Origin: Phyllobates terribilis
Taxonomy: Eukaryota
DNA: 64,000 nucleotides
Direction: 5' to 3'
NCBI RefSeq assembly: GCF_046119375.1
Contig: NW_027362771.1
Span: forward strand, 5,022,001 to 5,086,000
The position numbers and the translations under genes are program-made. The notes under the pieces were generated by a model that saw nothing but the letters and a program-made list of their open reading frames with translations, was not told the origin of the DNA and made no database searches. The number at the start of each line of letters is the position of its first letter. The stretch's first letter is position 1. Below are positions 23,532 to 34,630 of this stretch, piece by piece.

Positions 23532-25080
23532 CACTGCTCAAAAATATAAAGGAAACACTCAAATAACACATCTTAGATCTGAATGAATGAAATATTCCCA
23601 TTGAATACTTTGTTCTGTACAAAGTTGAATGTGCTGACAACAAAATCACGCAAAAATCATCAATGGAAATCAAATTTATTAACCAATGGAGGCCTGGATT
23701 TGGAGTCACCCCCAAAATTAAAGTGGAAAAACACACTACAGGTTGATCCAACTTTGTGTAATGTCCTCAAAACAAGTCAGAATGAGGCTCAGTATTGTGT
23801 GTGGCCTCCACGTGCCTGTATGACCTCCCTACAACGCCTGGGCATGCTCCTGATGAGGTTGCGGATGGTCTCATGTGGGATCTCCTCCCAGACCTGGACT
23901 AAAGCATCTGCCAGCTCCTGGACAGTCTGTGGTGCAACGTGACGGTGGATGGAGCGAGACGTGATGTCCCAGATGTGCTCAATTGGATTCAGGTCTGGGG
24001 AACGGGTGGGCCAGTCCATATCTTCAATGCCTTCATCTTGCAGGAACTGCTGACACACTCCAGCCACGTGAGGTCTGGCATTGTCCTGCATTAGGAGGAA
24101 CCCAGGGCCAACCGCACCAGCATATGGTCTCACAAGGGGTCTGAGAATCTCATCTCGGTACCTAATGGCAGTCAGGCTACCTTTGGCGAGCACATGGAGG
24201 GCTGTGCAGCCCTCCAAAGAAATGCCACCCCACACCATTATTGACCCACTGCCCAACCGGTCATTCTGAAGGGTGATGCATGCAGCAGATCGCTCTTCAC
24301 AGCATCTCCAGACTCTGTCACGTTTGTCACATGTGTTCAGTGTGAACCTGCTTTCATCTGTGAAGAGCACAGGGCACGAGTGGCGACTTTGCCAATCCTG
24401 GTTTCTGTGGCAAATGCCAAGCGTCCTGCACGGTGTTGGGCTGTGAGCACAACCCCCATCTGTGGATGTTGGGCCCTCATACCACCGTCACGGAGTCGAC
24501 TTCTAACCGTTTGTGCAAACACATGCATATTTGTGGCCTGCTGGAGGTTATTTTGCAGGGCTCTGGCAGTGCTTCTCCTGTTCCTCTTTGCACAAAGACG
24601 GAGGTAGCAGTCTTGCTGCTGGGTTTTTGACCTCCTACGGCCCCCTCCACATCTCCTGGTGTACTGGCCTGTCTCCTGGTAGCGCCTCCAGCCTCTGGAC
24701 ACTACGCTGACAGACACAGCAAACCTTCTTGCCACAGCTGACATTGATGTGCCATCCTGGATGAGCTGCACTACCTGAGCAACTTCTGTGGATTGTAGAG
24801 TCCGTCTCATGCTACCACGAGTGTGAAAGCACAACCAACATTCAAAAGTGACCAAAACATCAGCCAGAAAGCATTGGTACTGAGATGTGGTCTGTGGTCC
24901 CCACCTGCAGAACCACTCCTTTATTGAGTGTGTCTTGATAATTGCCAATAATTTCCATCCATTGTCTATTCCATTTGCACAACAGCATGTGAAATTGATT
25001 GTCAGTGTTGCTTCCTAAGAGGACAGTTTGATTTCACAGAAGTTTGATCTACTTGGAGTTATATTCTGTTGTTTAAGTGT
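23532..25080 (-). mobile_element. Tc1 element, one TIR missing (cut by CR1)
   Basis: TA then CACTGCTCAAAAA TIR at 23532; transposase on the minus strand. Confidence 0.88.
23789..24810 (-). pseudogene. Tc1 DD34E transposase, one frameshift near 24375
   Basis: [20 protein letters not shown] (HTH), then [25 protein letters not shown]. Confidence 0.92.
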
Positions 25081-25968
25081 ATAAGAAGAGAAATAAAATC
25101 CCGCGATCCCAATGTATTGTTACCCCTTTATAAATCACTGGTGAGGCCACATCTGGAATATGGGATCCAGTTTTGGGATCCACATTTTAAAAAGGATATT
25201 CAGAAGTTAGTCAGTTCAAAGAGCGGATGCTAGATTATTACAAGATATGAAAGGCCTCTCATATGATGAGAGGTTGAAAAAGTTTAGCTTAGAAAAACAA
25301 CACCTCAGAAGGCATGTCATTTACATGTATAAATATATGTATGGTCAGTACAAAGGTCTAGCACATGACTTATTCCTTCCAAAGACTATACTAAGGACCA
25401 GGGGGAACTCATTACGGGTGGAAGAAAGGCAATTCCGGCACTTAAACAGGAAAGGGTTCTTTTACAGTCAGAGCAGTCAGGTTGTGGAATGGAATGCCCT
25501 ACCACAAGAGGTAGTAATGGCAGACATTATAACAGCTTTCAAAAAAGGGCTGGATGCCTTCCACGATACACATAACATTGTGAGTTACAGTTAAATTAAA
25601 CAAAATGTTACACCTACAGTTGTACATTTAATCCAGGGTTCTTGTACTGATCGCCTTTCTCGGGGTCAAGAACTAATTTTTCCCCGTGATGCAAATTGGC
25701 TGAATGTATCCTGGGGTTTTTGCCTTCTTCTGGATAAACAGATTTAGGTACAGGCATTTTAGTAATACCATAACAGTAATACAAAAAATGCAACTAATTA
25801 AATTATAAACTGGTTCATTTGTAATTGTAATAGTGCAGTAATAATAAAAATGGTACTACATTTGTGAGGCATAATTCCAGAAAGTTAGTAAGTTAGTGTA
25901 GGGAGTACAATTGGAGGAGAAAGGTTGAACTTCATGGACCTAGGTCTTTATTCAACTTATGTTACTAT
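25081..25968 (+). mobile_element. CR1 LINE 3' fragment
   Basis: LPLYKSLVRPHLEY...KGLSYDERL...WNALPQEVV...FKKGLDAF. 3' terminal motif GGTTGAACTTCATGGAC...TTCAACTTATGTTACTAT. Confidence 0.88.
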
Positions 25969-25969
25969 A

Positions 25970-28452
25970 TGCATAAAAAAAATGTATAGGTGGTAGTTCA
26001 ACCCTAGAAAGAATAACAGTTCCATATCAAGGATATCGACTATTTCAAGCATCAACTCAGAGGAAACATGTGGAGAGCATTTTTTAGAAAAACGGAGTGG
26101 GCCAGGCGAGAGAAGCAATACAACATCCTCCGTCCACAAATCCGTAGCAGTGTTCCTTTCAAAGATGATGCGCAACCATGTCAAGGGAAACTGGAGACTT
26201 CACTCCTAAGGTAATCAATTTGTCACATATTTTGCTTACACCTGTACAAATTTCAGTACTAGAAAGGTGGCTTACATTCTCACATTCTGCAAGATATGAT
26301 AAATTCACAGCCATAAAGGATCTAGAGTTATTTGGTCGCAAACTTAATTACAAAAAATATTAAAAGCCTTAATTTGTTTCCATCTGACAATGAACAATAA
26401 GCACTTGCTGATTTGGAATCACTTCTAGCAGAGCAGGCTACACTGGCTACTACTGGCGTTCCTACATATCTATATGGCCGCTCACCGCAGTTCCCCCCCC
26501 CACCCCACCCAGAAACTGTGTCCAAATGTGGATATATTTGTGTGGTTAAAAAAGAACTTGAAAAAATTCCCAAAAATGTCTTAGAATATGAAACAAGTTG
26601 TTATTAAAGCAGCAAATAAGGGGGAGAACCTTGTGGTGTAACCTAAGAATATGTACGAGCGGGAGGCATTACTTTAAATTAGCATGAAAAATTGTTTTAA
26701 AAAACTAGAATGCAGCCCATTATACAATATCAAAATTCAATTGGACTCCATTTTAAAACATGCCTTTCGGAATGGTATAATTTCGATTAAAATGCTTGAA
26801 GGGCTAACTAGAGAACATCCGGTCATGTAAGCTGTCCGCCAGGTTGACCAATAGTTGCCAGGATAGGTGGTCTGCGTGAAGAAATCTGTAGATACATCGA
26901 CTTTTTTTACATAAAACAATGTGTAGAAACCCTGCCTTCATATATATATGTGACACCACGGACATGCTCAAGAGAATTCATACAATTGGAACCTGATATG
27001 TACATGGTGGTATGTGACGCGTAGTCCTTATACACCTCATTCATGACCATGGGATTGCGGCATCAATGTCTTTCTTGAGCATGATGAATTTTGATCATGA
27101 TTTGATTTGCTTCATTATTGATTTACTGCATTCTTCTTTGAATCATAATTTTTTTGTGTTTAAGGACTACTTCTTCCTACAGATCCAGGGAACGGCATTT
27201 GGGATGACTTGCGCGCCCTCATATGCCAAACTGTTCCTGGGGCTGTGGGAGAGGGAGACGGTCCAAAATATGGAAGACATTGATGCCATAATCTCATGAT
27301 CTAGATATATACATGACATCTTTTTTATTTGGCAGGGGTCCCTAATTTCGTTGGAACATTTTCTTCACAGGCTTAATGACAATGACAGAAACATAAAACT
27401 CACCTGGCAATACAGCAAAAGAAGGTGAAATTGTTTTGATATACAGCTTGAGAGATATGCTAGTGGGTTAATCACTTTCATCACTGAAGTATTCTGTAAG
27501 GCAACAGCCACAAATACCCTGTTGCATGCGACTTCGGCTCACTATCCGGCTACTAAAATAGTGATACCAACAACCCAATTTCTCCGTATGAAAAGGATAT
27601 GCTCAGATGAGCATAAATTTGAGCAACAAGCAAATATTTTAAAAAACAACCTGAGACAGCATGGCTATAACCACAAATGTATAAGAATGGGATAAAGAGG
27701 AGCTAAGGGTTCATCAAGAAATCAACTGCTGACCCATGGCAAAAAGATCTCATCGGACGGTAATCCAACTATTCGCTATATTACCTCATTCAGCTCAAGA
27801 TGGACTGAAATAAATGCAGCTTTTAAAAAACATTGGGCGACATTATTGGCTGATAACTATTTGGTTTGCTTTCTTCCTGAAAAATCATCTATTACGTGGC
27901 GCAGATCAAAAAACTTGAAAGACCTGGTCACCAGAAGCCATTATACATCACCTAAGACACTGTTGTTTCTCGGGATAGGAGATCAAAAATGGGGGTCATT
28001 CTAATGTCGTGATTGCTTAGCTTGCAGGTATGTGGAAAGGGCTAAAATCTTCACTAATAGTGACGAGAGCCGTATATTTACTATCACACACCACATTACC
28101 TGCAAGTCTGAGATAATCGTATAGTATGCTTATTGTCCTTGCAGGAAAATTTATATTGGGATGACAACTAGACAACTATGTGTACTCATTTTGGAGCATA
28201 CATGAGGTATCTGGAATGCTTCACTGGTAGAGAACATTGAAGATCTTAAAACCATTCCTCGTCATTTCCGGAAACATCATAACAGTAATCCCAAATACAA
28301 TGGGTAAAAGGAATCGATCAAGTTCACTTGGGAATTAGAGGAGACAATTATAAGAAGGAATTATTAAAAGAGAGACAAAATGGATTTATACACTTGGTAC
28401 GTTAACAGCTGGAGGTCTAAATGAAAATATTAGCTTCACATCTTTTTTGTAA
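25970..28452 (+). mobile_element. Degraded Penelope-like element (RT + GIY-YIG)
   Basis: VINLS...WLTF, IKAANKG, FLQIQGTAFGMTCAPSYAKLFLG, RYIHDIFFIW, CPCRKIYIG, GLNENISF. Many stops and frameshifts. Confidence 0.85.
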
Positions 28453-28539
28453 GGCTGTGATAAAAATTTTATTGTTTTTAAGATGTCTATGATCTTGGTT
28501 TTAGGTTGTTTGTCTATGTGTTTCTTTACATGATATTTA

Positions 28540-29524
28540 CCGTATTTTTCAGACTATAAGACGCACCTAAGTTTTAGAGAAGGAAAATAGAAAAAAAATT
28601 GAAGCAAAAAATGTGGTATGTGGTCAGGATGCACTGTTTTTGGAGAGGAGGTCTGCTGCTGACACTGTTATAGGGGTAATGTCCCTCAATTTTGTACTAA
28701 TATCCCTCATCCTGCTATATATGGCCCCCCCTTCCTGTTATATGTGGCCTCCATCCTGGTATGCATGGCACCCCTTATCCCCATCCTAGTATGCATTGCA
28801 CCCAAATCCCCCATCCTGGTTTGCATGGCACCTCCCACCCTGGTTTGCATGGCACCCCCATCCTGGTATGCATGTCACCGCTCATCCTGATACGCATGGC
28901 TCCCCAATCCCCATCACAATGCACACACAAAAAAAGAATTCTACTCACCTTCGTTATCCAGTGCTGCATCGTATTCTGCTGTCAGCAGCTAATCTCGCCG
29001 TGTGAGTAGCTCATGACGTCACTGCGCCTTCACACAATGAGATGAGCTGACGGAATACTCACTACTCCCCACTCCAAGACTATTGGCATGGGGAGTAGTA
29101 ACTTCATTCTCCTTAATAGCGGGCTACACTGTAGCCACAGCCGCGGCTGGGCGATCGCATGTGCCCGCTATTAAACAGCATGAATATTCACTACTCTCCA
29201 GACCATGGGAACGGAGGTAGTGAATATTAATGCTCTTTAATAGTGGGCACATGTGACTGCCGAGCCACTGCAGGAGAATGAATATTCAGTGCTCCACACG
29301 CCCATGGGCATGGGCAGCAGTGAATATTCATTTTCTTTAGCAGCGGGCACAGTGTTGGCTGTAGCAGGCGGCTGCTGCCTCCTGTGCCCTGCTTCTCTGC
29401 TGCAACTGCTCCCCCCACACCTCCCACCATCCACAGCAACAGTATATTCGGACGATAAGATGCACCCCCCACTTTCCTCCAAAATTTTGGAGGAAAAAAG
29501 TGTGTCATATAGTCGAAATTACTT
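28540..29524. mobile_element. pogo/Tigger-like MITE
   Basis: TA-CCGTATTTTTCAGACTATAAGACGCAC at left, degenerate inverse GTGTGTCATATAGTCGAAATTAC at right. Internal CCCCATCCTGGTATGCATGG repeats; no coding capacity. Confidence 0.65.
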
Positions 29525-29953
29525 TACATTTTTTCCATTAAAAAATAGTTTTAGCCCAAGATTTTCCATTTTCAAATGGGGAAATGGGGAAAAATTTCAC
29601 CAAAATGTGTCACACAATTTCTGCTGAACGTGGCAATACCCCATATGTGTATGTCCAGTACTGCTTAGCCACAAGACGAGACTCGGGAGGGACGAAGTGC
29701 TATTTCACTCTTGGAGAACAACTTATTGTAGAATAGTTTGCAGATTCCACATACAGAGCTCCTTAGAGACAGAAGAGCAGGATCCTCCCTCAAGTGACAC
29801 CATTTTGGAAATACATCCCTCTGGGAATTTATCTACAGGTGTAGTGACTATTTTGGTTCGATGGGTGTTTTCCAGAAACAAGCAGCAATGCATGCTGCTG
29901 AGTGAAAATTTGCAAATCTGCCATTGTAGTGCCCAGTACATTGTAGTGCCCAT

Positions 29954-30395
29954 TGTGGTAAGACGCCTCACTCGGCCACTTCCGTATGACTCAGGAATCA
30001 TGTTTTCTGTGCAGGCTTTATTTTGTGGTATAAAGCCCTGCAGCTCCAGCAAAAATAAGCACAGCCTTACTGGCAAAACAGGTTGTAGTCCCAGCTTTCA
30101 GCTCCTCTCTGAGCTGTGGCCTTCCAGGCTGGAGTCTTAGACACTCCAAACTCAACAACAGAGAAAGAAAAACAGGACTGAACATTTAAACGTTGCTCAG
30201 CCACACCCTGAGGGGGAGGTATAGGGAATGGCATCCCTCTAATCTCTGTCATTGCTATAAAACCACGCCCTTTAAAAGAGTTAACCCCCAGCATATAACA
30301 TGCCCGCAGAAAGTTTATTGGTTCTAGTTCACACAGGCTACCAACCTGCGGGTCACATACCTCCCTTCATATACCATACCAGTGACTCTGTCACA
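29954..30395 (-). repeat. 3' LTR of the Gmr1 element
   Basis: Aligns with 39560-40154 apart from indels; follows the GGGGGGAATA tract. Confidence 0.88.
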
Positions 30396-31560
30396 TATTC
30401 CCCCCCTCTGCACAAAGCCGGGGGTTTGGGCACCTTCCAATACAAGACAGGGAATTCTAGACAGGGCATCAGCATTCTCGTGTAACTTCCCGGGCCTATG
30501 CTCTACGTGACAGTTGAAGTCCTGAATTGCTAGGAACCATCTAGTTACCCTGACATTTTTACCCCTCTTTTCCCTCAACTATCTCAACGGGGCATGGTCT
30601 GACACCAACTTAAACTTCCAGCCTAGTAGGTAGTATCTTAGTGTATCTACGGCCCACTTTATGGCTAAACACTCTTTTTCTACTATTGCGTAGTTTTTCT
30701 CGCAGGAGGACAGCTTCCGGCTCAGATAGAGTATGAGATGTTTTTCCTCATTTATCTCTTGAGAGAGTACGGCTCCTAGACCAACCTCTGAAGCTTCTGT
30801 CTGGACCACAAATTCTTAAAGTTTGATGCGACCAGGACCGTCTGTTTACACCGTGTTGACTTCAACAGTTGAAACGCGGTCTTTGTTTCCTCCGTCCTCT
30901 TCACCATGGTTGACCTGGTGCCTTTTAGGAGATCCGTCAGTGGCGCGGCCATCATGGCAAAATTTGGGATAAACCACCGGTAATATCCCATCATTCCCAG
31001 GAATGCTCTCACTTGCTTCTTGGAGAGCGGTTGGGGCCAGGTCTGGATTGCCTCCACTTTAATCACTTGCGGTTTTATTTCGCCTCTCCCGACGACATAG
31101 CCCAAGTAATTGGCCTCCTCTTTTCCAACGGTGCATTTTTCGGATTTATTGTAAATCTTGCTGTGCTTAGAGCATCCAGAACGGCCTGTAGTTTAGGTAG
31201 CTGGTGTAACATACCTGGCGGCGTCCTTGCATGGTGGTCCATCTCCCACTGTGCAAGAGAGCGCACTTGATCTCCTGTCCAGAATGTCTCTCTGGCTTCC
31301 CTCCATGCTGTCTGTTTGTGTCTGTCTCTGCTGCTTAAGGGCGGCGCCCGATCACTTCCTGCTTTTTGTACCTGCTGTGGGTCACACCCCTTGTGCGTCC
31401 TCAGCCTATCGCTGTCTGTCTCTTGGTATATAGCTCAGCAGCTCCCTTCTATCCCTGCCTGTGCATATGTGTTTCTTTCAGTGTGTGCTTGCACTCTGAA
31501 GGTGCCAGGTCCCGTCCTGTTTCCCTGTCCGCCCTTCCTGGAGGCTGTATTTCCAGGCCT

Positions 31561-31870
31561 GTCTGAACTAAGTCCTGTATGTCTCCTGCCTTGCGGTGTC
31601 AGCTCCCGTGTCTGAACTGTGTCCTGTATGTCTCCTGCCTTGCGGTGTCAGCTCCCGTGTCTGAACTGTGTCCTGTATGTCTCCTGCTTTTTGGTATTAG
31701 TTCCCGTGTCTGAACTAGTCCTGTATGTCTCCTGCTTTACGGTATTAGTTCCCGTGTCTGAACTAAGTCCTGTATTTCTCCTGCCTTGCGGTGTCAGCTC
31801 CCGTGTCTGAACTGTGTCCTGTATGTCTCCTGCTTTACGGTATTAGTTCCCGAGTCTGAACTGAGTCCTT
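31561..31870. repeat. 49-bp tandem repeat inside the LTR (copy at 34758-35067)
   Basis: GTCTGAACT at 31561, 31610, 31659, 31708, 31756, 31805, 31854. Confidence 0.9.
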
Positions 31871-32650
31871 TCTGTGTTCTCTAGTCTGCCCTGTCTGAAC
31901 ACGCTCCTTGCCTGTTCGTTCCGCCTCTCTGGGGGCAGTATTCCCAGACCCGCTCCTGTATCCTGCTGCAGTGTCGGTCTCCTCCGTACACTCAGTTCCG
32001 GTCTGAACTCTCTCCTATCCTTTACCTGTTTTGCCTTTATGCCCGTTCCCTTCCTGTCTGTTCAGTGTGAACAGAGCCCTTTCCTCCCTGCTCCGTCTTC
32101 TGCACTCTAGTTGTGCTTGCCTGTACCCCTCTGCCTGTATTGTTCCGGAATCCCGGTGTGTACTGGGTCCTATCCCGTCTGTGTTCCTACTTGCTAGTGC
32201 CTCCCTGTCTGCACTCTATCTGTGCTTACCTTTACCCGCCTGCCTGCATACCCGCCTGCCTGCATACCAGTCTGTTCCTGTATTCCCCTGTGTGGGTCAA
32301 CAGCCGTGTCCGGGGTCTGTCCTGGAGTAGCACCTGGTCCCTCTGCTCGGTTCCTCCTTGGTGCTCTGGCGTCGTATGCCGTCGTGCCACCTTGGTCGGA
32401 TCGGGTAGATACTTAGTTACGCCCCTCCAGGCATTCACTCTCCGGCACGGTCCAGTGGAATCACTACCAATCACACGCACACGCCGCTTAGCCCGGGCGT
32501 GTGCATAACAGCATGCTCAGGCCATGGTTCCCGTTGAGCCCCACGGCCTTCGCCCTCTGAGAAGTTTTCCAGCGGATATATGCATTAAAATAAATAAATA
32601 AATTTTTTTTTCCTTTAGCTGAGTTCCAGGCGAATTACGCACCCGTCCAG

Positions 32651-34630
32651 ATGGATCTATCAGCCCTCGTTCCTGCGGATCCGCCACGTTACTATGGGGA
32701 TCCAAGACAGTGTCGTGCATTTGTGGAGCAATGCATGCTACACTTTAAGGCCTACCCTCTCTATTTTCCTTCCGATTGGCCTAAAGTGTCCTTTATGATT
32801 GACTACCTAGCGGGTGATGCCTTGAAATGGGTCACCCCCCTATGAGAAGCATGGGATCCTGTCATCCTTGACCTGCAGGCCTTCCTGGTGGCCTTTCGTA
32901 TGGTCTTCGAGGACCCTAACTCTGAAGCCCCTGCTGAAGCTTCACTTCCCAATATCCCGGAGCAGCCCCGTCAGGTAATGTGTGTGGGTAGCGCAATAGT
33001 TCTCCAGCCCAATGAGACTACGGCCCACCCAGAATCCTCACAGGGTGACTACGCTTTCCGGAATACTTCTCCCAACCTCAAGAGGCAGTCCAGACGTGCT
33101 AGACTTAGAGGCAAGCAGTCACGCCAGGGTCTGTCCTCCCTGAGACCTCCTGAACCCTTCGGGGTGCTACCTGGTAGCGAAAGGACAGAGACTCTCCTAT
33201 ACTCTGTACCTGATACCTCGCTCGCTTCGTCCAGTGACTCCAACCTAGTGTACTCCGAAGCAGAGGTTACTCCCGAGTCTCTACACCCCTCCGACCAGGC
33301 GGAGGACCTCCAGTTGTGTTCAGAACCCTTCGGGGTGCCACCTGGTGGTGAATGGACAGAGACTTTCCTATATCCTGGACCTGATACCTCGCTCGCTTCG
33401 TCCAGTGAGTCCAACCTAGTGTACTCCGAAGCAGAGGTTACTCCCGAGTCTCTACACCCCTCCGACCAGGCGGAGGACCTCCAGTTGTGTTCTGAACCCT
33501 TCGGGGTGCCACCTGGTGGTGAATGGACAGAGACTTTCCTATATCCTGGATCTGATACCTCACTCGCTTCGTCCAGTGAGTCCAACCTAGTGTACTCCGA
33601 AGCAGAGATTACTCCCGAGTCTCTACACCCCTCCGACCAGGCGGAGGACCTCCAGTTGTGTTCAGAACCCTTCGGGGTGCCACCTGGTGGTGAATGGACA
33701 GAGACTTTCCTATACTCGGTACCCGATACCTCGCCTGCTTCCTCCAGTGAGTCCAACCTAGTGTACTCCGAAGCAGAGGTTACTCCCGAGTCTCTACACC
33801 CCTCCGACCAGGCGGAGGACCTCCAGTTGTGTTTAGAACCCTTCGGGGTGCCACCTGGTGGTGAATGGACAGAGACTTTCCTATACTCGGTACCCGATAC
33901 CTCGCCTGCTTCCTCCAGTGAGTCCGACCTAGTGTTCTCCGAAGCAGAAGTTACTCCCGAGTCTCTACACCCCTCCGACCAGGCGGAGGACCTCCAGTTG
34001 TGTTTAGAACCCTTCGGGGTGCCACCTGGTGGTGAATGGACAGAGACTTTCCTATTTCCTGTACCTGATACCTCGCCTGCTTCCTCCAGTGAGTCCGACC
34101 CAGTGTACTCTGAAGCAGATGTTTTCTCTGAGCCTCAGTACTCTTCTGACCCGGCGGAGGACCTCCAGTTGTTTCCTGAATCCTCCGGGGTACCACCAGA
34201 TAACAAAGAGACAGTGACTTTTCCTCATTATGTACCTGATAACCCGTCTATTTCTTCCTGTGAGCTTGACAAGATGTACCTCGAAGCAGAGATTACCCTC
34301 AAGTCTCTGTCCCCCTCCAACCCAGTGAACGACTGGTCCTCGAATTCCCTGCGGAAGATTCTGGCAGGCCTGAAGAAGAGGGGGCGTAAGGGGGGAGGTA
34401 CTGTAACATACCTGGCGGCGTCCTTGCATGGTGGTCCATCTCCCACTGTGCAAGAGAGCGCACTTGATCTCCTGTCCAGAATGTCTCTCTGGCTTCCCTC
34501 CATGCTGTCTGTTTGTGTCTGTCTCTGCTGCTTAAGGGCGGCGCCCGATCACTTCCTGCTTTTTGTACCTGCTGTGGGTCACACCCCTTGTGCGTCCTCA
34601 GCCTATCGCTGTCTGTCTCTTGGTATATAG
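32651..34630 (+). pseudogene. gag: Ty3/Gypsy capsid-like gag fragment in frame with a 57-aa acidic repeat ORF; one TGA at 32843-45
   Basis: PPRYYGDPRQCRAFVEQCMLHF...KVSFMIDYLAGDALKWVTPL*EAWDP...FLVAFRMVFEDP resembles sushi/PEG10-type capsid. ORFs 32651-32845 and 32888-34630 share a frame. Confidence 0.75.
33148..34300 (+). repeat. 171-bp (57-codon) tandem repeat, about 6.5-7 copies
   Basis: CCGACCAGG at 33291 and 33462, and so on. Unit PSDQAEDLQLCSEPFGVPPGGEWTETFLYPGPDTSLASSSESNLVYSEAEVTPESLH. Confidence 0.95.

Noticed and set aside
34402-34630. C-terminal hydrophobic tail of the 580-aa ORF as an env-like TM domain
   Set aside because: It lies wholly within the A-poor LTR, where stops are rare. 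The same peptide appears at 31227-31433.
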